A DNA stretch of 64,000 bases from an uncultured Rhodospirillales bacterium (GTDB lineage Bacteria; Pseudomonadota; Alphaproteobacteria; Acetobacterales; Acetobacteraceae), in contig CAIMSN010000041.1 of NCBI GenBank assembly GCA_903844135.1, positions 1,895-65,894 on the forward strand, read 5' to 3'. A model generated the notes under the pieces. That model ran no database searches, was not told the DNA's origin, and worked only from the letters and a program-made list of their open reading frames with translations. Shown here in pieces: positions 1-9,673 of this stretch (position 1 is the stretch's first letter; each line of letters starts with the position of its first letter). Both the position numbers and the translations under genes were made by a program.

Positions 1-1096
1 GGCCGCGCATCCAGCCGTCTGGCCGCGCCAGATCGGTCTCGATCGCGCCGCGCGCCCGCAACCAGACATCGGCCGCCCAGAAGCGCAGGCTCTCATGCGT
101 GAACAAGCCGCGCAGCGTATCGCCCAGATCGCGGGCGCGGTCGGGGTCGGTCTCGATCAGGTCGATCTCGTGCCGGATCCAGTCGGTGACCGCCTCGCGC
201 AGATCGGAATCGTGCGGATCGGTGCGGTCGAGCTCGGCATTGATCGCGCTCAGCACCCGGCTCGCCACCTGGCCGCCGATCGCCCAGCCGACCAGCCGGC
301 CGCCCTGCTCGCGCACCCGGTCCTCGATGAGCTGGGTCAGGGCCGCCTCGCGGTGCCGCAGCAGCTGCTTGATCTGGTCCAGCAGGAACGACAGCACCTC
401 CTGGTGCCGGTTGCCGTCGACCAGAGCGCGCAGCGCCCGCGCCACCACCGGCGCGAGCTGCCCGTCGCTCATCAACTGCGGCGCCAGCCTGGCCGCGACA
501 TCGCCGATCCTGGCCGCCTCCAGACCGTCGAGCACATGCGGCACCAGCCGCGTCACCCCGGCCGCCAGCAGGTCCGCCAGACGGGGATCGGCCAGCATCC
601 CGTGCAGTGCAAGCGGCACGTCGATGCCGGACAGAGCGCGCTCGATATCCGCCTCGGTGAACACGTGGTCGGCAACGAACCGGCCCAGGGCGCGGCCGAG
701 CCGCTCCTTCTGCGCCGGCAGGATCGCCGTATGCGGAATCGGCAGGCCGAGCGGATGGCGGAACAGCGCCGTCACCGCGAACCAGTCGGCGAGCCCGCCG
801 ACCAGACCGGCCTTCGCGGCCGCCTGCAGCAATCCCGCCCAGTAGCCATGGCCTGCGGCATAAGAGGCCACCGTCAGCCCGCCCATGCCGGCGAGCAGCA
901 GGGTGGCGCGGCGCTTCTGTCGCGTCAGCGCCAGGCGGAGCGTCCGATCCGGGTCCGGCGGCGCGACGGGCATGGCAAAGTCGGGCACGGCGATATCGGG
1001 CATGGCGTGGTCAACCCGGTCCGGCCTGGCGATCATCGCCTCCGATAGCATCGCGGCGCGGATTTGCCCAACCGCACGCATCCTGCGACGCGGCAT
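1..1096 (-). CDS. DUF445 domain-containing membrane protein (N-terminal part; the gene runs off the left edge)
   Basis: The reverse-strand frame is open from the window edge to the ATG at 1096-1094. It is missing from the ORF track because it has no stop in the window. My translation contains GLVGGLADWFAVTALFRHPLGLPIPHTAILPAQKERLG, the hallmark DUF445/YjiN-type motif. The + strand ORFs 95-1048 and 99-845 are Arg/Pro-rich shadows. Confidence 0.7.
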   Translation of the reverse strand, partial: MPRRRMRAVGQIRAAMLSEAMIARPDRVDHAMPDIAVPDFAMPVAPPDPDRTLRLALTRQKRRATLLLAGMGGLTVASYAAGHGYWAGLLQAAAKAGLVGGLADWFAVTALFRHPLGLPIPHTAILPAQKERLGRALGRFVADHVFTEADIERALSGIDVPLALHGMLADPRLADLLAAGVTRLVPHVLDGLEAARIGDVAARLAPQLMSDGQLAPVVARALRALVDGNRHQEVLSFLLDQIKQLLRHREAALTQLIEDRVREQGGRLVGWAIGGQVASRVLSAINAELDRTDPHDSDLREAVTDWIRHEIDLIETDPDRARDLGDTLRGLFTHESLRFWAADVWLRARGAIETDLARPDGWMRG

Positions 1097-1173
1097 TTCC
1101 TCGGCAGGCCATCCGGTTAATATGACGAAACCGCCACGGTGCCAGAGCGCCGCCGCCCGGAGCACCCGCGTCG

Positions 1174-4098
1174 ATGCATCACCCAGAACAGGCTGCCCCG
1201 AAACGCGCAAAGGCGAAGAAGCCCGCGCCGGCGACGGCGGCTCCGGAACCATCGGCCGCCGGCGCCCGGGACCGGGAGGTCGACGCCCGCCCCGCCTATC
1301 CCAGCCCCGCCGATCCCCGTCTTGCCGATCCCCGCCTTGACCAGTTGATCGCCACCGCCGGCCAGATCGTCGAGCGGCAGTCGGAGGATCCGTTCGGCAA
1401 TCCGGTGCTGGGGATCGCGCTGCATCTCTCGCGCCGCATGGACGAGGGCAGCCTGGGCATCGAGTCGATGGGCGCGCTGATCCGGCGCCTGCGCGACGAC
1501 GCCTTCGCCAAGCGCGCCGAGCGGCTCGGCCGCTATGTCGGGCTGGTGCCGGGCCAGGACACCGGATTCCGCCTGCATCGACTCGCCGCGCGCCTGATCC
1601 GTCCCGATCCGAACGACAGCCCGGTCCCGCTGGCGCAGTTCCGCAAGGCGATCCAGCGCACCCGCTTCGCGGCGGTGTTCACCGCGCATCCGACCTTCGC
1701 GCTCACCCCGGCCGCCTACGCCGCCCTCGCCGCCGTCGCCAGCGGCGATCGCGGCATTCCCGAGCCGGCGTCGCAGCGACCGAACGCACCGACGCTCGAG
1801 GAGGAGTTCCAGCTCGCCGTCGCGGCGATCCTGCGCGGGCGCGACGCCATCGACAAGCTGAACCGCGCCCTGGTCGAGGAGGCGGCGCAGGTCTGGCCGC
1901 AAGCCTGGACCAGCCTGCTGCCGCGTCCGCTGATCCTCACCAGTTGGGTCGGCTACGACACCGACGGGCGCACCGATATCGGCTGGTGGGACACGCTGCG
2001 GCTACGGCTGCGGATGAAGCTGCTGCAGCTCGAGCGGCTGCATCGCCAGATCTCGGCGCTGGAGAACCAAGCCGCGCCGCTGCTCGCGAAACTCGATGCC
2101 GCGCTGGAGGCGGTGGCCGCGCAGATCGAGGCGGCGCCGGACCGGGCCGATCCGGAGCAGGTGGCGCGCTTCGCCGCCGCGCTGATCGACCGCCGCGAGC
2201 AGGCGATCCACCTCACCAGCGCGCTGGACGCCGATTTCGCCACCGCGATCGAGGCGGCCAGCAAGGCCGACAAGACGGCTTTGGTGGTGGCGCGCGCCGG
2301 TTTCGTCTCGCACGGGCTGGCCGCCGCCCATACCCATGTGCGTCTGAACGCCACCCAGATCCACAACGTCGCCAGGCAGCGCCTCGGTATCGAGGACAGC
2401 CCGGAGAACCCGGCGCAGCGGCGCGCCCTGCTGACCAAGATCAACGACGTGCTGTCCGAGGTCACGCCGGTGCCGATCGATTTCGGCGCGCTGCTGTTCG
2501 AGCAGGCTTCGGCGGCGCGGCTCATGATGACCGTGACCCAGATCATCAAGCATATCGACGGCTCCAGCCCGGTGCGCTTCCTGATCGCCGAGACCGAGAG
2601 CGGCTACACGCTGCTGGTGGCGCTGTGGCTGGCCAGGCTGTTCGGCATCGAGGACAGGATCGAGATCTCGCCCCTGTTCGAGACCCAGGACGCGATGATG
2701 AACGGCGCGCGCATCGTCGAGGAGGCGCTGCATTCGCGCCACTACCGCGACTATCTCCGGCGCACCGGCAAGCTGGCGGTGCAGTTCGGCTATTCCGACA
2801 GCGGCCGCTATGTCGGGCAGCTCGCCGCCACCTACCTGGTCGAGCGGCTGCGTCTCAAGATCGCCGACCTGCTGGCCAAGCGCGGCCTGACCGACGTCGA
2901 GGTGATCCTGTTCGACACCCATGGCGAGAGCATCGGCCGCGGCGCGCATCCGTTCGCGCTCGCCGACCGGCTGGATTACCTCTCGCCGCCGCACTCCCGG
3001 CTGGCCTTCCAGGATGCCGGCATCGCCTATCGCGAGGAGAGCGCGTTCCAGGGCGGCGACGGCTACATGCTGTTCGGCACCGAGGCGCTGGCCGACGCGG
3101 TGATCGGCACCATCGCCGAGCACGCCTTCGCCACGGTCAAGGCCGAGAACGACCCGATCTACGACGAGCCCGACTTCTCCGCCGATTTCTTCTCGGCAAT
3201 CGGCGTCGGCATGACCGAGCTGGTCGAGGATCCCGGCTATGCCGGCCTGCTCGGCGCGTTCGGTCCGGCGCTGATCGACCGCACCGGCTCCAGGCCGGCG
3301 GCGCGGCAGTCGGACTCGTCCGGCAGCCCGGCCAGGATCAAACATCCGCGCGAACTGCGCGCGATCCCCAACAACGCGATCCTGCAGCAGCTCGGCTGGT
3401 GCGCCAACACGCTGCAGGGGCTGGGGCTGGCCGCCAACCGGCATCCGGAGACGTTCGAGGAATTCATGCTCAAGAGCCCGCGCTTCCGGCGCGCGCTCGA
3501 TTTCGCCAGCCATGCGCTGTCGCACTCGGACAGCGACGTGCTGCGCGCGATCGTGCTGACGCTCGACCCCGGAGTCTGGCTCGACCGCGCCGGCCACGAG
3601 CAGGATCCGGCCCGGCGCGACGCGCTGGTGCTGCTGTCGAAGGGGCTGGAGCGGCTCGACCTGTGGAGCAGCACGCAATCCATGTTCCGGCGCATCCAGG
3701 CCGACCATCTCGACCTGCGCACCGCCTGGCCGGACGCGCCGCGCATGGCGCTCTCCGAGGTGCTGCTGCATGCGATGCGCCTGACGATCATCGAGCGCAT
3801 CTGGCTGCTGTCGACCCGCATTCCCTACTTCTCGCCGCGCTACGGCTTCAGCCGCGAAGCGCTGGACGAGCAGGTGCTTCGTCTGGAGATACCCAACGTG
3901 CTCAAGCAGATGGCGGAGATCTTCCCGAGTGCCGCCGACCAGTCGGCGACCCGGGATTTCCGCGAACCCACCGGACCGCGCTTCGAGAATGCCTACACGC
4001 GGGAGAACAGCGAGATCTTCGAGCCGATGCGTCGGCTGTTCGGGCTGCTGCGCGAGATCAGCATCGTGGTGATGCACGAGGTCGGCGCGTTTGGCTGA
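1174..4098 (+). CDS. ppc: phosphoenolpyruvate carboxylase
   Basis: 974-aa ORF with PEPC motifs: VFTAHPTF (compare TAHPTE), GYSDSGRYVG and FDTHGESIGRGAHP. It ends in a Gly like other PEPCs. The low-complexity Ala/Pro N-terminus leaves the start uncertain. Confidence 0.85.
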   Translation: MHHPEQAAPKRAKAKKPAPATAAPEPSAAGARDREVDARPAYPSPADPRLADPRLDQLIATAGQIVERQSEDPFGNPVLGIALHLSRRMDEGSLGIESMGALIRRLRDDAFAKRAERLGRYVGLVPGQDTGFRLHRLAARLIRPDPNDSPVPLAQFRKAIQRTRFAAVFTAHPTFALTPAAYAALAAVASGDRGIPEPASQRPNAPTLEEEFQLAVAAILRGRDAIDKLNRALVEEAAQVWPQAWTSLLPRPLILTSWVGYDTDGRTDIGWWDTLRLRLRMKLLQLERLHRQISALENQAAPLLAKLDAALEAVAAQIEAAPDRADPEQVARFAAALIDRREQAIHLTSALDADFATAIEAASKADKTALVVARAGFVSHGLAAAHTHVRLNATQIHNVARQRLGIEDSPENPAQRRALLTKINDVLSEVTPVPIDFGALLFEQASAARLMMTVTQIIKHIDGSSPVRFLIAETESGYTLLVALWLARLFGIEDRIEISPLFETQDAMMNGARIVEEALHSRHYRDYLRRTGKLAVQFGYSDSGRYVGQLAATYLVERLRLKIADLLAKRGLTDVEVILFDTHGESIGRGAHPFALADRLDYLSPPHSRLAFQDAGIAYREESAFQGGDGYMLFGTEALADAVIGTIAEHAFATVKAENDPIYDEPDFSADFFSAIGVGMTELVEDPGYAGLLGAFGPALIDRTGSRPAARQSDSSGSPARIKHPRELRAIPNNAILQQLGWCANTLQGLGLAANRHPETFEEFMLKSPRFRRALDFASHALSHSDSDVLRAIVLTLDPGVWLDRAGHEQDPARRDALVLLSKGLERLDLWSSTQSMFRRIQADHLDLRTAWPDAPRMALSEVLLHAMRLTIIERIWLLSTRIPYFSPRYGFSREALDEQVLRLEIPNVLKQMAEIFPSAADQSATRDFREPTGPRFENAYTRENSEIFEPMRRLFGLLREISIVVMHEVGAFG

Positions 4099-4168
4099 GC
4101 TGCAACGCGCTTCCGGCAGGCGCCGCCCATGGCGCCTGACGGAATCGCCGCCGGAGCATTTCGTGCCG

Positions 4169-4951
4169 ATGCGGTTCCGCCAGGGCATCCGCCGCATCGT
4201 CGCGCCGAATCCCGGGCCGATGACCTATCACGGCACCAATAGCTGGCTGGTCGACTGGCACGGCGGCACGGTGGTGATCGATCCCGGCAGCGAGGACGAG
4301 ACCCACCTGGCGGCGATTTTGCGCGAGGCCGGCGACGCTCTGTCGCACATCCTGCTGACTCATACCCATTCCGACCATCTCTCCGGGGCGATGACGCTGC
4401 ACCGCCGCACCGGCGTGCCGGTCGCCGGCTACCACACCAGCGCCGAGCCGAGCTTCACCCCGACCCTGAAGCTGTCGGACGGCGACCGTATCGCCGGCCT
4501 GACGGTCGTGCACACGCCGGGTCATGCGATGGACCATCTGTGTTTCGAGGCGCCGGACTCGCTGCTGTTCAGCGGCGACCACGTGATGGGCTGGTCCACC
4601 TCCGTGGTGCCTCCGCATCCCTGGGGCGATCTGTCGCTGTTCGTCGCCAACCTGGAGAAGGTGCGGGATCGGGGCGACGCGGTGATCCTCTCCGCGCACG
4701 GTCCGGCGATCACCCAGCCGCGCGCCCTGATCCAGAACCTGCTCGACCACAGGCATGCCCGTGAGGCGTCGATCGCCGCACTCCTGAAGGCGACGCCGCA
4801 GCCGTTCGAGACCCTGCTCGCGCGGGCCTATCTCAATCTGCGACCCGACCTGCTGCTGCCCGCCAGGGCGAACCTGCTGGCGCATCTGGAGAAGCTCGAA
4901 TCCGAGGGCCGCGCGGCACACCACGACCAGCACTGGCGAAGCCTGGGATGA
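4169..4951 (+). CDS. MBL fold metallo-hydrolase
   Basis: HTHSDH metal-binding motif (HxHxDH), then a later HTPGH. I placed the start at the internal ATG (MRFRQGIRRIV...) because the first 26 codons of ORF 4091-4951 overlap the end of ppc. Confidence 0.8.
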   Translation: MRFRQGIRRIVAPNPGPMTYHGTNSWLVDWHGGTVVIDPGSEDETHLAAILREAGDALSHILLTHTHSDHLSGAMTLHRRTGVPVAGYHTSAEPSFTPTLKLSDGDRIAGLTVVHTPGHAMDHLCFEAPDSLLFSGDHVMGWSTSVVPPHPWGDLSLFVANLEKVRDRGDAVILSAHGPAITQPRALIQNLLDHRHAREASIAALLKATPQPFETLLARAYLNLRPDLLLPARANLLAHLEKLESEGRAAHHDQHWRSLG

Positions 4952-5039
4952 CGGGCCGAGCCGGTCTGGCGCAGCCATCTTTCCAGCCGGTCGATGCTGC
5001 CATATCAAGCATGCGCGAAACGCATGAGGAGAGCCAAGC

Positions 5040-6662
5040 GTGACTAAAGCCGGATTGCTGCTGACGACCGCCCTGCTCGCGCTGCCGGCCGGGCTGGCGC
5101 GTGCCGACGACGCGACCATCAAGATCTCCAAGAGCAGCAAGCCCGCGCCGCATCTGACCGCAGACGAGGCGACCAGCGACGGCAGCGTCACGGCAGGCGG
5201 CCAGCATATCGACTACACCGCCACCGCCGGTACGCTGGTGGTTCATCCGAAGGGATGGGACGACGCGGTCAAGCCGGACGCCGACAAGCCGGACGATTCC
5301 ACGCCGTCGGCGGAGGCGTCGATGTTCTACGTCGCCTATATCCAGAAGAACGCCAAGCCCGAGACCAGGCCGATCACGTTCCTGTTCAACGGCGGCCCAG
5401 GATCGGCCTCGGTCTGGCTGCATATGGGCGCGTTCGGACCCAGGCGCGTGGTGACGCTGGATCACGAGCACGGACCGGCCGCACCCTACCGGCTGGTGAA
5501 CAACGACGAGAGCCTGCTCGACGCCAGCGACCTGGTGTTCGTCGATGCGCCCGGCACCGGCTTCTCGCGTATCGCCGGAAAGGACAAGGAGAAGAGCTTC
5601 TACGGTATCGACCAGGACGCGCACGCCTTCGCCTCGTTCATCTCGTCCTTCCTGTCGAAATACGGACGCTGGAACTCGCCCAAATACCTGTTCGGAGAAA
5701 GCTACGGCACCACCCGCTCCGCGGTCCTGGTGAACGAGCTCGAGCAGGCCGACAGCATCGACTTCAACGGGGTGATGCTGCTGTCGCAGATCCTGGTGTT
5801 CGATGCCAGCGTCGACGGGCCGAGCGCCAATCCAGGCATCGACCTGCCCTACGTCGCCGGCCTGCCGACCTATGCGGCGACCGCCTGGTATCACCACAAG
5901 CTCGGGCCCAACCCGCCCGACCTGAACACGCTGCTCGGCACCGTCGAGACGTTCGCGCTCGGCGAATACAGCGCGGCCCTGCAGCAGGGCGCACTGCTCG
6001 ACGACGACCAGCGCGACCGGATCGCCGCCAAGATGAGCAGCTACACAGGACTGCCGGTCGAATATCTGAAGAAGGCCAACCTGCGCGTCGATGGCGGCAT
6101 GTTCGAAAAGACCCTGCTGGGCGGCAGCGACACCACCACCGGACGGTTCGATACGCGCTTCTCCGGCCCGACCATGGATCCGCTGAGCAAGGAGGCCGAA
6201 TACGATCCGCAATCCGCCGCGATCAGCTCGGCCTACGTCTCCGGCTTCAACGACTATGTCCGCCGGCAGCTCGGCTACGGCATGGGCAAGACCTACCTGC
6301 CGGACATCGAGATCGACAACTGGGACATGAAGCACCAGCAGCCCGGCAACAGCCAGCCGAGCACGCAGTCGGCCAACGTGCTGCCCGACCTGGCCGCGGC
6401 GATGACCTACAATCCCAACCTCAAGGTGCAGCTCAACCAGGGCTTCTACGATCTCGCCACGCCGTATTTCGAGGGCGAGTACGAGATGCGCCATCTGCCG
6501 ATGGCCAAGTCGCTGCAGGCGAACATCGAGTTCCGTCATTACCAGTCCGGCCACATGGTCTATGCCAACCAGGACAGCCTGAAGCAGCTTCACGACAACG
6601 CCGCCGACTTCATCCGCCGGACCGACGGAACCAGGCCGGGCGACGCAGCGCCGGCGAAATAG
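5040..6662 (+). CDS. S10 family serine carboxypeptidase-like peptidase (secreted)
   Basis: Signal peptide LLLTTALLALPAGLARA, GESYGTTRS (the GESYG nucleophile motif) and the typical WLHMGAFGP region. GTG start. Confidence 0.8.
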   Translation: MTKAGLLLTTALLALPAGLARADDATIKISKSSKPAPHLTADEATSDGSVTAGGQHIDYTATAGTLVVHPKGWDDAVKPDADKPDDSTPSAEASMFYVAYIQKNAKPETRPITFLFNGGPGSASVWLHMGAFGPRRVVTLDHEHGPAAPYRLVNNDESLLDASDLVFVDAPGTGFSRIAGKDKEKSFYGIDQDAHAFASFISSFLSKYGRWNSPKYLFGESYGTTRSAVLVNELEQADSIDFNGVMLLSQILVFDASVDGPSANPGIDLPYVAGLPTYAATAWYHHKLGPNPPDLNTLLGTVETFALGEYSAALQQGALLDDDQRDRIAAKMSSYTGLPVEYLKKANLRVDGGMFEKTLLGGSDTTTGRFDTRFSGPTMDPLSKEAEYDPQSAAISSAYVSGFNDYVRRQLGYGMGKTYLPDIEIDNWDMKHQQPGNSQPSTQSANVLPDLAAAMTYNPNLKVQLNQGFYDLATPYFEGEYEMRHLPMAKSLQANIEFRHYQSGHMVYANQDSLKQLHDNAADFIRRTDGTRPGDAAPAK

Positions 6663-6665
6663 AAC

Positions 6666-8312
6666 TCAGGCGACCCTGGGCTGCGGCGCGCCCCGCCGCA
6701 CGGCGTCGCCGAGCGACCGGTCGAGCGCCGCCTCCGAAAGGCTCTCGGCCGCCCAGGCGAGACCGGCGCGCGCGGTCTCGGCGTTCAGCGCCCGGTCGCG
6801 ATGCAGGGCCAGGATGGACGACGCGACGCCATGCGTGTCGGGGGCGATCCAGCGCCGCAGCGCGAGCGGCCAGTCGAACCCCTCGGCGGCGATCGGCGTG
6901 CAGACGCACGGGACGCCGGCGGCAACACTCTCCATCACCTTGCCCTTGATCCCGGCGCCGTAGGCCAGCGGCGCCACCGTCAGTCGCACGCGGCTGAACA
7001 GCCTGCCGAGATCCGGCACATGGCCGACAGGAACCAGCCGCGGATCCTCGCCCGTGAGGCCCGGCGGCAGATGGCTGCCGGCCAGCAGGCAGGTCATTTC
7101 CGGCTCGGATTCCCACACCAGCGGCATGATGTCGCGAATCAGACGCCGTGCCGCATCGAGATTGGGCGCATGCGCGTAGTCGGCGAGGAACGCCAGCCCG
7201 CGTCGCGCTTCGAACGAGGCGACGACCGGACGCGATCGGATCGCCCAGGGCGCCACCACGATGCGCAGGCCCGGCAGCGCCTGTTTCAGCACCGACGCCT
7301 CGGCCGCGGAATGCACCAGCACGAGATCCGCCTCCATGGCAGCCGCGAACTCGCGCTGCCGGCTGCGCTGCGCCAACCGCGCCAACTCGGGCCGGCCCTC
7401 GACCGCGCACTGCCGCGCCAGTCTCAGATGTTCCAGGTCGGCCATGGAACAGATCAGCCAGGCACGCGGACAATGCGCCCGCACCAGCCGCGCGTAGAGA
7501 AAGCCGGTCGCACCGCGATGCAGATAGACCAGACCGAGGCTCGACCCGTGACGACGCAGCACCTCCTCGAGCGACGCATAGAACGGCGCCGCGCACAGCG
7601 TCACCTGGTCGGCCGCCAAGCGGGCCCGCGCCGCCTGGTCGTCGCTCGAATCGCCCGGATCGATCGGTGCGAACAGCACCCGGTAGCCGAGCCGTCGTAG
7701 CGCCGCCATGTGCGACAGCAGGGCGCAGGACCCCGCATCGCGCCTGCCATCCGGGATCCTGGCATCGATCACCAGCGCCAGCCTGCCGTCCGGCGCGTCC
7801 GGCCGATCCGGCGCGCCGCCCAACCTGACCGCCTGCCAGCCGGCCGCGGGATCGTCCGGCTCGGGCGCCGCGCGCAGGCCAAGCAGACGATCGATCTGCG
7901 CGAACAGGAAGCCGAGGCGCCGGTCGAGCAGGGTCCGGTCGCAGGTCACCCCGTCCGCCAGCAACGGGGCGAGCCGCAACAGGGCCGAATCGTCCAGGCT
8001 GGTCGCCGGTTCCAGCAGCCAGGGCGACCGGTCGAGCTCGGTCCCGTCCGATTCCCGAACCACCCTGATCTGGTGCGGCGACAGGGGCGACAAGCCGTTG
8101 CCGAGGGCCAGCGCGAAGGCATGGCGGCCGTCGCCGATGCCGGCCGCCTCCAGATCGGCACGGTAGCGATCCGCGATCGTGCGGCCGACCAGGGTCCCGT
8201 TCACCGTCACCAGGAGGCTGATCCGCTGGTCGCACAGGAAGCGATCCTGAGCCCAGCCGCGGATCAGTCCGCGATCGACCGAATCGACCTGCCCGCGCAG
8301 CGTCGAGACCAC
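6666..8312 (-). CDS. glycosyltransferase (GT1/GT4 fold) with an N-terminal uncharacterised ~95-aa module
   Basis: The C-terminal half has the GT-B group-1 pattern (...LVHSAAEASVL..., APLAYGAGIKGKVMESVAAGVPCVCTP). I chose the in-frame GTG at 8312, 5 nt after the upstream stop, because the longer ORF would overlap the Hint gene. Confidence 0.7.
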   Translation of the reverse strand: MVSTLRGQVDSVDRGLIRGWAQDRFLCDQRISLLVTVNGTLVGRTIADRYRADLEAAGIGDGRHAFALALGNGLSPLSPHQIRVVRESDGTELDRSPWLLEPATSLDDSALLRLAPLLADGVTCDRTLLDRRLGFLFAQIDRLLGLRAAPEPDDPAAGWQAVRLGGAPDRPDAPDGRLALVIDARIPDGRRDAGSCALLSHMAALRRLGYRVLFAPIDPGDSSDDQAARARLAADQVTLCAAPFYASLEEVLRRHGSSLGLVYLHRGATGFLYARLVRAHCPRAWLICSMADLEHLRLARQCAVEGRPELARLAQRSRQREFAAAMEADLVLVHSAAEASVLKQALPGLRIVVAPWAIRSRPVVASFEARRGLAFLADYAHAPNLDAARRLIRDIMPLVWESEPEMTCLLAGSHLPPGLTGEDPRLVPVGHVPDLGRLFSRVRLTVAPLAYGAGIKGKVMESVAAGVPCVCTPIAAEGFDWPLALRRWIAPDTHGVASSILALHRDRALNAETARAGLAWAAESLSEAALDRSLGDAVRRGAPQPRVA

Positions 8313-8593
8313 GTTGTTCAGCCCGCCCCGTCCAGGATCGCGCCGTCCAGAGCGCGTCTGACGGTCAGCCTGCCGACGGGCGGGCGATCCGGCATGACGA
8401 GCTCGAAACCATGGCATCCGGTGCCGATGCCGGCGGCTTCCAGGTCGGCACGATAGCGGTCCGCCAGCAGCAGATGCACCGGGACCCCGTCCGACAGCAC
8501 TTCGAGGCAGACGCTGGCGTTCGGATGCGCCGGACACCAGGCCCAGCCGCGCAGCATTGCGGCGCTCGCCTCATCCACCCGGCCGCGCAGTTC
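8025..8593 (-). repeat. Two adjacent paralogous copies of a ~90-aa coding module: the C-terminus of the Hint protein (8321-8593) and the N-terminus of the glycosyltransferase (8025-8312)
   Basis: Both copies read LRGxVD..[LI]RGWA...ADRYRADLEAAGIG[TD]G[CR]H[GA]F. The 14-aa identical core is encoded with synonymous differences. Confidence 0.75.
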
Positions 8594-9673
8594 CGGCGCA
8601 CGCGCATCCCGGATCAGCCCCGCCAGGGCGTCGATGCGCCGCTTCGCCGCCAGCAGAGCCGGACCATGCTCGACCAGCGGCGCGCACCAGACCGGCGCCG
8701 CATCGATCCGGTCGGGATAGAGCGCGCGATAGTCCGCGCAATTCTGGAACATGGCGCGGCTGTCGTCGTCGACGAAGCTCTCCGCAGGAGTGCCCTCGGC
8801 CAGCAGAAGATGATGGCCGTTCAGCTCGACATGCAGATAGGCGACATCGGACTCGGGCTCCGGCTGGGTGACCGAGACCCCGTTGACGAGCAGCGAGGCG
8901 GGAACGAGCACGCCGTCGACCAGCATCGCATGGCGCGGCGAGACGAACAGCGCGCGACGCGGCAGGCCGCCGCCCAGCGCGCCGGCGCGGATCCGGACCG
9001 GAACGATCTCCTTGCGGCCGGCGACGAACCGGCGCGCATAGGTACGCCGCCCGATCCAGACGATCGGCTCGAGCCCGCCGGACGCGACCCGCACCAGATC
9101 GCCGATCCGCAGCGTCTCGATCGGCGCCTCGCCATGATCGGTGGCGAGCCTCGTGCCCGGGCAGTAGCAAGCGACGGCATCCGAGACCCGCAGGACCGGC
9201 GGCCCGAGACCGAGACGCTGGGTCTCCAGCGCGAAGTCGCGCCCGGCATAGTCGCCGTCGAAGCGGAAGGTCGCGATGCTCCCGTCGAGCAGGGTCACCG
9301 TCACCGTGGCGTCGCCGGACCCGTCGCACCCGGCTCGCAGGTCGACCGCCCCCTGATCGAGCTGGATGCCGTCGCCGGCGTCGAACCCCTCCAGGACCGG
9401 CAGGGCGTCGCAGCCGCTCTCCAGCACGATCAGCGCGTTCGGCCCCTCGAAGCGGATGCCCTGGTCAGGGCCGATCGACGGGGCGTCGAGAAACAGCCGC
9501 GCCTGGGCGTCGAGCTGGATCACCCCGTCGCCGGAGATCGGCCCCGAGAGGCTTTCCGTGTCGGCCGGGCCGCATTCGAGGATGCCGTCATTGTCGATCG
9601 CGCTCGTCGCCATGGAGCCGTCGAGAAGGACGGTCTCGCCGGGCTGCACCGTGATCGGGTCTTGCTGGACCAT
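8318..9673 (-). CDS. Hint (Hedgehog/intein-like, Hint_2-type) domain-containing protein
   Basis: Central region CYCPGTRLATDHGEAPIETLRIGDLVRVASGG...IVWIGRR...VSPRHAMLVDG...HHLLLAEGTPAESF is typical of alphaproteobacterial Hint-domain proteins. The ATG at 9673 is preceded by GGAAGGAGA. Confidence 0.8.
   Translation of the reverse strand: MVQQDPITVQPGETVLLDGSMATSAIDNDGILECGPADTESLSGPISGDGVIQLDAQARLFLDAPSIGPDQGIRFEGPNALIVLESGCDALPVLEGFDAGDGIQLDQGAVDLRAGCDGSGDATVTVTLLDGSIATFRFDGDYAGRDFALETQRLGLGPPVLRVSDAVACYCPGTRLATDHGEAPIETLRIGDLVRVASGGLEPIVWIGRRTYARRFVAGRKEIVPVRIRAGALGGGLPRRALFVSPRHAMLVDGVLVPASLLVNGVSVTQPEPESDVAYLHVELNGHHLLLAEGTPAESFVDDDSRAMFQNCADYRALYPDRIDAAPVWCAPLVEHGPALLAAKRRIDALAGLIRDARAPELRGRVDEASAAMLRGWAWCPAHPNASVCLEVLSDGVPVHLLLADRYRADLEAAGIGTGCHGFELVMPDRPPVGRLTVRRALDGAILDGAG

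Noticed and set aside
95-1048. 317-aa and 248-aa + strand ORFs at the left edge
   Set aside because: The opposite strand encodes a convincing DUF445 protein that is open to the window edge. The + strand translations are low-complexity Arg/Pro/Gln strings.
1944-4197. Two 731-aa ORFs (1944-4139 + and 2002-4197 -) overlapping the ppc gene
   Set aside because: These are alternate-frame and antisense shadows, typical of high-GC DNA. Their translations are Arg/Ala/Gly/Pro-rich with no recognisable motif, whereas the 1174-4098 frame carries clear PEPC motifs.
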